Assembly (NCBI RefSeq): GCF_000189295.2
Contig: NC_016803.1
Location: 840,001 to 872,000, forward strand
Direction of reading: 5' to 3'
DNA from: Pseudodesulfovibrio mercurii
GTDB lineage: Bacteria > Desulfobacterota > Desulfovibrionia > Desulfovibrionales > Desulfovibrionaceae
Length of the DNA stretch: 32,000 nt
In this document: piece by piece, positions 1 to 7,948 of the stretch
Position numbering within the stretch: the stretch's first letter is position 1
Layout: the number at the start of each line of letters is the position of its first letter
Translations under genes and position numbers: made by a program
Notes under the pieces: model-generated
The model's input: only the letters and a program-made list of their open reading frames with translations
The model's database searches: none
What the model was told of the DNA's origin: nothing

Positions 1-1074
1 GAAGGGTTCATTCCCCTGCACGCCCCGGTCTTCACCGGGCGGGAAAAGGAATACCTGGCCCGCTGCATCGACACCACCTTCGTGTCCAGCGTGGGCGAAT
101 ACGTGACCCGCTTCGAGGAGATGACCCGCGACTTCACCGGCGCGGCCAGGGCCGTGGCCGTGGTCAACGGCACCTGCGGCCTGACCGCCGCGCTCTCCCT
201 GGTCGGCGTGGGCCACGGCGACCTGGTCCTGAGCCAGGCCCTGACCTTCGTGGCCACGGCCAACGCGATCTCCAACACGGGCGCGACCCCGATCTTTCTC
301 GACTCCGACCCGGACACCCTGGGCATGAGCCCGGACGCGCTGCGGGCCTGGTTCGCGGCCAACCCCGAAAAGATCGCGCGCGTCAAGGCGTGCGTGCCGG
401 TCCACATCCTGGGCCACGCCTGCCGCATCCGCGAGATCTGCGCCGTCTGCGACGAGCACGCCATCCCGGTGGTGGAGGACGCGGCCGAGGGGCTGGGTTC
501 CTTCCTGAACGGACAACACCTGGGCACCTTCGGCAGGCTCGGCGTGCTCAGCTACAACGGCAACAAGACCATCACCACCGGCGGCGGGGGCATGATCCTG
601 GCCGGCGACGAGGACTTCGGCAACCTGGTCAAGCACCGGACCGCCACGGCCAAGGTGCCGCACCGCTGGGAGTTCCGCCACGACGCCGTGGCCTGGAACT
701 ACCGCATGCCGAACATCAACGCGGCGCTGGGTTGCGCCCAGATGGAAAAGCTCGACGAGATCCTGGCCGACAAGCGGGTCGTGGCCGCCGCCTACCGCGA
801 CTTCTTCGCGGACGTGGACGGCGTGGACTTCGTGGACGCGCCCCCCGGCTGCCTGTCGAATTTCTGGCTGAACACCGTGCTCTTCAGGGACCGCGAGGCG
901 CGCGACGCCTTCCTGGCCCTGTCCAACGACGCGGGCGTCATGACCCGGCCCCTGTGGGCCCTCATGGCCGACCTGCCCATGTACGCGGACAACGACAACG
1001 ACGGGCTGAAAAACGCCCGCGAGCTGTCGGCGCGGGCCGTGAACCTGCCCAGCGGGCCGAGACTCAAGGCGTAG
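1..1074 (+). CDS. legC: DegT/DnrJ/EryC1-family PLP aminotransferase, LegC-like (5' end outside window)
   Basis: Frame is open from base 1 (EGFIPLHAPVFTGREKEYLARCIDTTFVSSVGEYV...) and ends at TAG 1072-1074. SYNGNKTITTGGGGM block contains the expected PLP lysine. Stop lies 2 nt before a NeuB-type synthase gene. Confidence 0.8.
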   Translation, partial: EGFIPLHAPVFTGREKEYLARCIDTTFVSSVGEYVTRFEEMTRDFTGAARAVAVVNGTCGLTAALSLVGVGHGDLVLSQALTFVATANAISNTGATPIFLDSDPDTLGMSPDALRAWFAANPEKIARVKACVPVHILGHACRIREICAVCDEHAIPVVEDAAEGLGSFLNGQHLGTFGRLGVLSYNGNKTITTGGGGMILAGDEDFGNLVKHRTATAKVPHRWEFRHDAVAWNYRMPNINAALGCAQMEKLDEILADKRVVAAAYRDFFADVDGVDFVDAPPGCLSNFWLNTVLFRDREARDAFLALSNDAGVMTRPLWALMADLPMYADNDNDGLKNARELSARAVNLPSGPRLKA

Positions 1075-1076
1075 CC

Positions 1077-2093
1077 ATGCAGCGCGAACCGATCTTCCTC
1101 ATCGCCGAGGCGGGCGTGAACCACAACGGCGACCTGGACCTGGCCAAACAGCTCATCGACCTGGCCGCCGAGGCCGGGGCCGACGCGGTCAAGTTCCAGA
1201 CCTTCCGGGCCGAGGAGATCGTCACCGACACGGCGCAGAAGGCCGCCTACCAGAAGGAGACCTCCGGGGCCGGGGAATCGCAGTTCGCCATGCTCAAGCG
1301 GCTCGAACTGGACGTGAACGCCCACAGGCTGCTCATGGACCACTGCCGCAGGCGCAACATCGCCTTTCTGTCCACCCCCTTCGACGCGCAGAGCCTGGAC
1401 ATGCTCATCGACATGGGGCTGCCACTCATCAAGGTCCCGTCGGGCGAGATCACCAACCTGCCCTACCTGCGCAGGGTTGGGGCCAAGGGGCTGCCGGTCA
1501 TCCTGTCCACGGGCATGGCCACGCTCGACGAAGTGCGCGCGGCCGTATCCGTGCTGACCAAGGCGGGGACCCCGGCCGGGCAAATCACGGTGCTGCACTG
1601 CAACACCCAGTATCCCACGCCCGTGGAGGACGCCAACCTGCGGGCCATGACCACCCTGGCCGAAACGTTTCCCGAATGCCGCGTGGGCTGCTCGGACCAC
1701 ACGCCGGGCATCGCCTGCGCCGTGGCCGCGGCGGCCATGGGGGCGGCCGTGATCGAAAAGCATTTCACCCTGGACAAGTCCCTGCCCGGCCCGGACCACG
1801 CGGCCTCCATGGACCCGGACGAGCTCAAGGCCATGGTCCGGTCCGTGCGCGAGGTGGAGCGGGCCCTGGGCGACGGGGTCAAGAAGCCGAGCCCCTCGGA
1901 GCGGGCCAACATCGACGTGGCCCGGCGGTTTCTGGTGGCCACCGCGCCCATCAAGGCGGGCGAACCGTTCACCGAGGCCAACGTGGCGGCCCGGCGCACG
2001 GGCTGCGGCGGCGTGTCGCCCATGCGCTGGGACGAGGTCATGGGGTTGACCGCCAAACGGAATTTCCAACCCGGCGAGGGCATCGAGCTGTGA
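1077..2093 (+). CDS. legI: NeuB-family nonulosonic acid synthase (legionaminic acid synthase LegI-like)
   Basis: ATG 1077 lies 2 nt after the upstream stop. N-terminal IAEAGVNHNGDLDLAKQLIDLAAEAGADAVKFQTF block is typical of NeuB/sialic acid synthases. C-terminal SAF-like domain (VATAPIKAGEPFTEANVAARR). The ORF-track entry 390..2093 has a spurious R/G/P-rich N-terminal extension. Confidence 0.9.
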   Translation: MQREPIFLIAEAGVNHNGDLDLAKQLIDLAAEAGADAVKFQTFRAEEIVTDTAQKAAYQKETSGAGESQFAMLKRLELDVNAHRLLMDHCRRRNIAFLSTPFDAQSLDMLIDMGLPLIKVPSGEITNLPYLRRVGAKGLPVILSTGMATLDEVRAAVSVLTKAGTPAGQITVLHCNTQYPTPVEDANLRAMTTLAETFPECRVGCSDHTPGIACAVAAAAMGAAVIEKHFTLDKSLPGPDHAASMDPDELKAMVRSVREVERALGDGVKKPSPSERANIDVARRFLVATAPIKAGEPFTEANVAARRTGCGGVSPMRWDEVMGLTAKRNFQPGEGIEL

Positions 2094-3265
2094 AAATCTG
2101 CGTCTTCACCGGCACCAGGGCCGAATACGGCCTGCTCACCCCGCTCCTCAAGCGCATCCAGGACGACCCGGATACGGAACTGCGCCTGCTGGTCAGCGGC
2201 TCGCACCTGTCGGAGCGCCACGGGCACACCGTGGACGCCATCCGGGCCGACGGCTTCCCCATCGGGGCCGAGGTTCCCCTGCCGCTGAAGGACGACTCCC
2301 GGCTGGGCGTGGCCCTGGCCATGGGCGAGGCGGTGTCCGGCTGCGCCCGCGCGCTCGACGCCATCGCGCCCGACCTGCTGGTCCTGCTCGGCGACCGCTG
2401 GGAGTGCCTGGCCTGCGCCGAGGCGGCGGCCCTGCTGCGCATCCCCGTGGCCCACATCCACGGCGGCGAGACCACCGAGGGGGCCGTGGACGAACAGTTC
2501 CGCCACGCCGTGACCAAGCTCTCGCGCCTGCACTTCACCGCCTGCGAGGCCTACCGCCGCCGGGTCATCCAGCTGGGCGAATCCCCGTCCACGGTCTTCG
2601 ACGTGGGCGCGCTGGGCGTGGAGAACGTCCGCACCGTGCCGCTCATGGACAGGCAGGCCCTGGAAGCGGACCTCGGCTTCGCCTTTGGCGAGCGATTCCT
2701 GCTGGTCACCTACCACCCGGCGACCCTGGCCGGGGACGGCGCGGCCGAGGCCGAGGCCTTCTTCGCCGGACTCGAGACCGTGCTGGCCGGGGACGAGACC
2801 CTGACCGCCGTGATCACCGGGGCCAACGCCGACCCCGGCGGCTCCCTGGTGGACGCCCGCGCCGCGGCGCTGCACGAGAAATTTCCCGGACGCACCCTGG
2901 TCACGCCCTCTCTGGGACTGGTCCGCTACCTGTCGGCCCTGCGGCTGTGCGCGGCCGTGGCCGGCAACTCCTCCTCCGGCATCCTGGAGGCCCCGAGCTT
3001 CGGGGTGCCCACGGTCAACGTGGGCGACCGCCAGAAGGGCCGAGTGCGGGCCGAGAGCGTCCTCGACTGCGCGCCCGCCCCGGAGGCCGTGGCCGGAGCC
3101 CTGCGGTTGGCCCTGTCGTCCGAGGGGGCGGCCGTTGCCAAGCGGGCCCGGAACCCGTATGAAAAAAAGGACACCAGCAGGCGCATGCTGGCTATCCTGA
3201 AACAGGGCGCGCCCGCGGGCGCCAAGCCCTTCTTCGACATCGACCACTGCCCATCCAAGGACTGA
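2090..3265 (+). CDS. legG: Hydrolysing nucleotide-sugar 2-epimerase (NeuC/LegG-like)
   Basis: GTG 2090 overlaps the legI stop (GTGA). KICVFTGTRAEYGLL and HIHGGETTEGAVDEQFRHAVTKLSRLHF blocks are typical of NeuC-type hydrolysing 2-epimerases. Confidence 0.85.
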   Translation: MKICVFTGTRAEYGLLTPLLKRIQDDPDTELRLLVSGSHLSERHGHTVDAIRADGFPIGAEVPLPLKDDSRLGVALAMGEAVSGCARALDAIAPDLLVLLGDRWECLACAEAAALLRIPVAHIHGGETTEGAVDEQFRHAVTKLSRLHFTACEAYRRRVIQLGESPSTVFDVGALGVENVRTVPLMDRQALEADLGFAFGERFLLVTYHPATLAGDGAAEAEAFFAGLETVLAGDETLTAVITGANADPGGSLVDARAAALHEKFPGRTLVTPSLGLVRYLSALRLCAAVAGNSSSGILEAPSFGVPTVNVGDRQKGRVRAESVLDCAPAPEAVAGALRLALSSEGAAVAKRARNPYEKKDTSRRMLAILKQGAPAGAKPFFDIDHCPSKD

Positions 3266-3273
3266 GGAATATA

Positions 3274-4338
3274 ATGAAAAGTTGGAGAAACGCCATCATC
3301 CCGCTCTCGGCCACGGTCCGCGAGGCCGCCGAGACCCTGAACCGAACCTCCCTCCAGATCGTCATGCTCGCCGGGGAGGACGGCAGGCTCATGGGCGTGG
3401 TCACGGACGGCGACATCCGGCGCGGCCTGCTGGCGGGCAAGACCCTGGAATCCCCGGCGACCGAGATCATGGAAACCAAATTTTTCTCGGCCGTGCCCAG
3501 CGACGACCAGGCCGCCCTGCTCCGGACCATGCGCGAACGGAACATCCGCCAGGTGCCCCTGCTGGACCCCAACGGCCGGGTCATCGGCCTGCGCACCCTG
3601 TTCGACATTATCAGCCCGGCCAAACGGGACAACTGGGTGGTGCTCATGGCCGGGGGGTTGGGCCAGCGGCTGCGCCCCCTGACCGAGGACTGTCCCAAGC
3701 CGCTCCTGAACGTGGGCAACAAGCCTCTGCTCGAGACCATCCTGGACCAGTTCGCGGACTACGGCTTCGCCAGGTTCTACATCTCGGTCAACTACCGCGC
3801 GGACATGGTCGAGGAGTACTTCGGCGACGGCTCCAAGCGCGGCGTGGAGATCCGCTACCTGCGCGAGGACAGACAGCTCGGCACGGCCGGAGCCGTGGGC
3901 CTCATCGAGGACAAGCCGGACGCGCCCATCTTCGTCATGAACGGCGACCTGCTGACCAAGGTGGACTTCCCGGGCATGCTCGCCTTCCACCACGAACAGG
4001 GGGCCAAGGCGACCATGGCCGTGCGCCGCTTCGACATCCAGGTGCCCTACGGCGTGGTCAAGGTGGAGGATCACCGCATCGTCCGGCTCGAAGAGAAGCC
4101 GACCCACAAATTCTTCGTCAACGCGGGCATCTACGTGCTCGAACCGGACGTGGCCGCGGCCATCCCCGCCAACGAGTACCTGGACATGCCCAGCCTGTTC
4201 GGCAGGCTCATGGACCAGGGCGAGACCACGGCGGCCTTCCCCATCCACGAATACTGGATGGACATCGGCCGCAAGCAGGATTTCGACCAGGCCAATTGCG
4301 ACTACGATCTGCACTTCCGCATGCGCAAGGAAGGCTAG
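3274..4338 (+). CDS. ptmE: CBS-pair + sugar-phosphate nucleotidyltransferase (PtmE-like, GlcN-1-P guanylyltransferase type)
   Basis: GAGGAA SD upstream of ATG 3274. N-terminal CBS-like region followed by VVLMAGGLGQRLRPLTEDCPKPLL nucleotidyltransferase motif. Same domain order and operon position as C. jejuni Cj1329. Confidence 0.8.
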   Translation: MKSWRNAIIPLSATVREAAETLNRTSLQIVMLAGEDGRLMGVVTDGDIRRGLLAGKTLESPATEIMETKFFSAVPSDDQAALLRTMRERNIRQVPLLDPNGRVIGLRTLFDIISPAKRDNWVVLMAGGLGQRLRPLTEDCPKPLLNVGNKPLLETILDQFADYGFARFYISVNYRADMVEEYFGDGSKRGVEIRYLREDRQLGTAGAVGLIEDKPDAPIFVMNGDLLTKVDFPGMLAFHHEQGAKATMAVRRFDIQVPYGVVKVEDHRIVRLEEKPTHKFFVNAGIYVLEPDVAAAIPANEYLDMPSLFGRLMDQGETTAAFPIHEYWMDIGRKQDFDQANCDYDLHFRMRKEG

Positions 4339-4341
4339 CCC

Positions 4342-5253
4342 ATGCACGCCCTGATCATCGGCTACGGCTCCATCGGAGCCCGGCACGCGCGCCTGCTCAA
4401 GGACATGGGCCATGCCGTGGCCTGCGTGACCCGCAACCGGGAGTGTCCCTACCCGACCTTTTCGAACATTCAAGCGGCGCTTGAAGAAACCGCGCCGGGC
4501 CTGGCCGTGATCTCCACGGCCACGGTGGAGCACGCCACGAACCTGCGCGCCCTGATCGAGGCCGGGTTCACGGGCCGCATCCTGGTGGAAAAGCCGCTCT
4601 TCGACCACCCGAAGGAACTTACTCCCGCGCCCGGCGACAACGTCTTCGTGGCCTACAACCTGCGCTTTCACCCCTTGGTCGCGCGCACACGGGAGCTGCT
4701 GGCCGGGCACACCATCCTGAACGCGCGCTTCGCCGTGGGCCAGTACCTGCCCGACTGGCGGCCGGGCACGGACTACACCAAGAGCTATTCGGCGAGCCGG
4801 GCCCGGGGAGGGGGCGTGCTGCGCGACCTGTCCCACGAGCTGGACCTGGCCCTGTACCTCCTGGGCGACTGGAAGCGTGCCACGGCCATGGGCGGGCACT
4901 ACAGCGACCTGTCCATAGACTCGGACGACCAGTTCGCCGTGCTCATGGAGACCGCGCACTGCCCCGTGGTCGGGGTGCACATGGACTACCTCAGCCGGTC
5001 CGTGCACCGGGGGTACGACATCACCTGCGCGGACATGACCCTGCGGGCCGACTTCATGGCGGGCATGCTCACCGTGGACGGGACCATGGAGGAATTTCCC
5101 TCCGAGCGCGACGCGACCTACCGCCGCCAGCTGGAAGCCATGGCCGGGGACGACCCCACGCCGTGCACCTACGCCCAGGGACTGGCCCTGTGCGAACTGA
5201 TCGAGACCCTGGAAACCTGCGCCGAAAAGCAGGTATGGATGACCGCGTCATGA
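4342..5253 (+). CDS. ptmF: Gfo/Idh/MocA-like NAD(P)-binding oxidoreductase (PtmF position)
   Basis: AAGGAAGG SD inside the end of the upstream gene. Rossmann-type start MHALIIGYGSIGARHARLL. Occupies the position of Cj1330 in the collinear Campylobacter locus. Confidence 0.65.
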   Translation: MHALIIGYGSIGARHARLLKDMGHAVACVTRNRECPYPTFSNIQAALEETAPGLAVISTATVEHATNLRALIEAGFTGRILVEKPLFDHPKELTPAPGDNVFVAYNLRFHPLVARTRELLAGHTILNARFAVGQYLPDWRPGTDYTKSYSASRARGGGVLRDLSHELDLALYLLGDWKRATAMGGHYSDLSIDSDDQFAVLMETAHCPVVGVHMDYLSRSVHRGYDITCADMTLRADFMAGMLTVDGTMEEFPSERDATYRRQLEAMAGDDPTPCTYAQGLALCELIETLETCAEKQVWMTAS

Positions 5254-5939
5254 AACGCTACGGATTCATTTTCGCCCGGGGCGGCTCCAAGGGCGTGCCC
5301 GGCAAGAACATCCGGCCGCTGAACGGGGTGCCGCTCATCGGCCACGCCATCCGCGCGGGCCGGGATTCCGGCCTGCTCGACCGGATCATCGTCTCCACGG
5401 ACGACCCGAAGATCGCGGCCGTGGCCGAGGAGTACGGGGCCGAGGTCCCGTTCATGCGCCCGGCCGAACTGGCCCGCGACGACGCGCCCGAGTGGATGGC
5501 CTGGCGGCACGCGGTGGACGCCATGGAGGCCGAGGGCCACTTCGACCTGTTCGTCTCCCTGCCGTGCACCGCCCCCCTGCGCATCGGCCAGGACGTGCGC
5601 GACTGCATCGCACTGTTCGAACGCGGCGGCTGCGACATGGTGGTCACGGCCCGGCCCGCCGAGCGCCACCCGTCCTTCAACATGATCACCATGAACGACG
5701 ACGGATTCGCCGCCATCGCCATGCCGCCGAGCGCGCGCATCACCCGCCGCCAGGACGCGCCGCCCATCTTCGACCTGACCACGGTCTGCTACGTGACCAC
5801 CCCGAGTTTCATCAAACGGTACGAAGGCGCGTTCCAGGGACGCGTCAAGGCCGTGATCATCCCGCCCGAGCGCGCCCTGGACATCGACACCGAACAGGAC
5901 TTCGCCTTTGCCGAATTCCTGATGGAGCGAAACAAATGA
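5250..5939 (+). CDS. legF: Acylneuraminate cytidylyltransferase family (CMP-legionaminic acid synthetase LegF-like)
   Basis: ATG 5250 overlaps the upstream stop (ATGA). FARGGSKGVPGKNIRPLNG motif of the CMP-NeuAc synthetase family. Confidence 0.85.
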   Translation: MKRYGFIFARGGSKGVPGKNIRPLNGVPLIGHAIRAGRDSGLLDRIIVSTDDPKIAAVAEEYGAEVPFMRPAELARDDAPEWMAWRHAVDAMEAEGHFDLFVSLPCTAPLRIGQDVRDCIALFERGGCDMVVTARPAERHPSFNMITMNDDGFAAIAMPPSARITRRQDAPPIFDLTTVCYVTTPSFIKRYEGAFQGRVKAVIIPPERALDIDTEQDFAFAEFLMERNK

Positions 5940-6739
5940 GGAACATCAAGGAGTTGGTGGACCTGACCGGCCGAACCGCCATGATCACCGGCGGGGCCGG
6001 GCACATCGGCCAGGCCTTTTGCGACGCCCTGGCCGAGGCCGGGGCCGACATCGCCGTCCTGGACATGGACGCGGACCGCGTGGAGGACACCGCCGTGCGC
6101 GTGGCCGAGGAGTGGTCGGTCAGGACCCTGGGGCTGACCCTGGACCTGGCGGACGAGGCCACCCTGGTCACGATGCCGGGCGAGGTGGCCGAAGCCCTCG
6201 GTTCCCTCGACATCCTGATCAACTGCGCCGCCTTCGTGGGCACCTCCAAGCTGACCGGCTGGGGCGTCCCCCTGGAGGAGCAGTCCGTGGCCACCTGGCG
6301 CGCGGCCCTGGAGACCAACCTGACCGCGCCGTTCGCCCTGACCCAGGCGGCCATCCCCTTTCTGCGCCGGACCGGGCACGGCTCGGTGGTGAACATCGGC
6401 TCCACCTACGGCGTGGTCGGCCCGGACATGTCCCTGTACGACGACACCAAGATGGGCAACCCGGCGGCCTACGGGGCGTCCAAGGGCGGCCTCATCCAGC
6501 TGACCCGCTACCTGGCCACGGTGCTGGCCCCGGACATCCGGGTCAACGCCATCAGCCCCGGCGGCGTGGCCCGGGGGCAGGACCCGAAATTCGTGGAGCG
6601 GTACGTGGCCAGGACCCCCATGGGCCGCATGGCCACCGAGGAGGACATGAAGGGCGCCCTGCTCTTCCTGGCCAGCGACCTGTCCGCCTACGTCACCGGC
6701 CAAAACCTGATGGTCGATGGCGGTTGGACGGCCTGGTAG
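5936..6739 (+). CDS. ptmA: Short-chain dehydrogenase/reductase (PtmA position)
   Basis: ATG 5936 overlaps the upstream stop (ATGA). ITGGAGHIG cofactor motif and YGASK (YxxxK) catalytic motif. Last gene of the operon, as Cj1332 is in C. jejuni. Confidence 0.75.
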   Translation: MRNIKELVDLTGRTAMITGGAGHIGQAFCDALAEAGADIAVLDMDADRVEDTAVRVAEEWSVRTLGLTLDLADEATLVTMPGEVAEALGSLDILINCAAFVGTSKLTGWGVPLEEQSVATWRAALETNLTAPFALTQAAIPFLRRTGHGSVVNIGSTYGVVGPDMSLYDDTKMGNPAAYGASKGGLIQLTRYLATVLAPDIRVNAISPGGVARGQDPKFVERYVARTPMGRMATEEDMKGALLFLASDLSAYVTGQNLMVDGGWTAW

Positions 6740-7015
6740 CGTCCCGGTCGGACAGAGACCGTCAGCCGGGGGCCGGACGGCATCCCGTATCCGCCCCGCA
6801 TCGAGCGGGAACCATGCCGTGGACGCCACGCGCGGGGGCCCGGCCGCAACGGGCGCTAAGTCCGCTCCGTCCCGAGCGTGTTTTCACCATTGTGGAAGAA
6901 AGAGGTGGAACGCAGGCTGAACGGCCTGCGCGCGGCCGAACCGAACTGCCGGAGGTGGATGTCAGGGCGTTGTGCCTGGACATCTTTCCGGTCACATCCC
7001 GACCGATCAGGGCGG

Positions 7016-7219
7016 CTACTTGTCCCGATTCTTGCGGTCGTCCTGGCGATTCTTGAAGGTGATGGACGCGAGACAGCCCGCCAGGCCGCCCAGGGCCACG
7101 GCCTTGCCCGGAGCCATCATGCCGGTCAGGCTGAAAAGATAGCCGATGGCGCAGCCCGCGATGATGCCCTTGGCCAGGACATCGATCCACCGCATGAATT
7201 CCCTGCCGTCGTCATCCAT
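7016..7219 (-). CDS. Small two-helix membrane protein (GlsB/YeaQ/YmgE-like glycine-zipper pattern)
   Basis: 67 codons; ATG preceded by GGAG about 9 nt upstream. Two hydrophobic G/A-rich segments around an MAPGK turn, with a basic tail. Divergent from the feo promoter region. Confidence 0.45.
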   Translation of the reverse strand: MDDDGREFMRWIDVLAKGIIAGCAIGYLFSLTGMMAPGKAVALGGLAGCLASITFKNRQDDRKNRDK

Positions 7220-7382
7220 GATCCGCTCCGTGACTGGGTTGATGTTTGCTGTTGCCGGACGCGAACAATACCATTATCATCCGCTCTCGACCGCTGGCAT
7301 ATGACCATAAATCACAGCGGAAGACAAGGAATACCGGGCTCTTCAGCCCTGCGGGGCGGTCCGCGTATTTTTTCGGACATTC

Positions 7383-7401
7383 ACTTGACATTGATTCTCA
7401 A
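7383..7401. promoter_or_regulatory. Degenerate copy of the Fur-like dyad, overlapping -35/spacer
   Basis: CTTGACATT-G-ATTCTCAAC matches the perfect dyad at 7659-7677 at 13 of 18 arm positions. The right arm TTCTCAAC is an exact 8-mer match. Confidence 0.4.
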
Positions 7402-7412
7402 CATCACTATCA
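7384..7412 (+). promoter_or_regulatory. Sigma70-like promoter for the Cys-rich peptide/feoAB operon
   Basis: TTGACA 7384-7389, 17-nt spacer, TATCAA 7407-7412, in the only AT-rich stretch upstream of 7460. Confidence 0.45.
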
Positions 7413-7459
7413 AGTGTGTGTCCGGCACTGCTGCCGGGAAAAACTTTGAGGGAATCCAC

Positions 7460-7642
7460 ATGCTCGACACCATCATCGTCGGGGCCATCGTTGCCGTAGC
7501 GGCCTTTTTCGTGGGCCGCAGGCTCCTGCGCTCCTTCTCGGCAAAGCACCCTTCCTGCGGCTGTAGCGGCTGCGGGCAGTCCGGTTCATGCTCCGGCATG
7601 AAGGACGGCCCGGACAGGCGCGATTGTTGCGGCCCCAGGTAA
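7460..7642 (+). CDS. FeoB-associated Cys-rich membrane protein
   Basis: 60 aa. N-terminal TM helix (MLDTIIVGAIVAVAAFFVGRRLL) followed by a Cys/Gly-rich tail (CGCSGCGQSGSCSG...DCCG), the pattern of the FeoB-associated Cys-rich family. Lies immediately upstream of feoA. The ORF-track entry 6878..7642 is over-extended. Confidence 0.7.
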   Translation: MLDTIIVGAIVAVAAFFVGRRLLRSFSAKHPSCGCSGCGQSGSCSGMKDGPDRRDCCGPR

Positions 7643-7658
7643 TTTTTTTTGACGAAAC

Positions 7659-7677
7659 GTTGAGAACAGTTCTCAAC
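7659..7677. promoter_or_regulatory. Perfect 19-bp dyad, Fur-box-like operator
   Basis: GTTGAGAAC-A-GTTCTCAAC is a 9-1-9 perfect palindrome. Its core TGAGAAC-A-GTTCTCA matches the classical 7-1-7 Fur motif TGATAAT-N-ATTATCA at 5 of 7 positions per arm. Located 25 nt upstream of feoA. Confidence 0.55.
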
Positions 7678-7701
7678 CAACGCTTTTGAGGATGCAAGAA
7701 A

Positions 7702-7944
7702 ATGGCGCAAGACATGTGTTTACGCAAAGCCAGGGTCAATCAGAAACTCAAGATCCGCACGGTGACCGCTGAGGGCGAACTCGGCCGCCGCATCCGTGAC
7801 CTGGGGCTCATCCCAGGCACCGAGGTCACGGTCATCGGCAAGGCTCCCCTGCGCGACCCCGTGGCCCTCCGGCTGCGCGACTTCACCCTGACCCTCCGCA
7901 ACAGCGAGGCCGACCACATCACCGTCACCCCCCTGGAGGACTAG
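7702..7944 (+). CDS. feoA: Ferrous iron transport protein A (FeoA, SH3-like)
   Basis: 80 aa; GAGGA SD upstream. LGRRIRDLGLIPGTEVTVIGKAPLRDPVALRL is a FeoA-domain pattern. Stop lies 4 nt before feoB. Confidence 0.85.
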   Translation: MAQDMCLRKARVNQKLKIRTVTAEGELGRRIRDLGLIPGTEVTVIGKAPLRDPVALRLRDFTLTLRNSEADHITVTPLED

Positions 7945-7948
7945 GCGC

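Noticed and set aside
792-5007. Long minus-strand ORFs (792..2069, 1463..3247, 2926..5007) and plus-strand alternates (390..1076 part, 1676..2089 part, 2404..3162, 3282..4484) overlapping the leg operon
   Set aside because: Their translations are R/G/P/H-rich low-complexity strings typical of off-frame reading of GC-rich coding DNA. The in-frame plus-strand genes carry clear family motifs and SD sequences.
7267-7281. E. coli-type Fur box fragment AATACCATTATCATC in the divergent region
   Set aside because: Only the CATTATC heptamer matches and there is no dyad symmetry. The GAGAAC-type dyads nearby are far better candidates.
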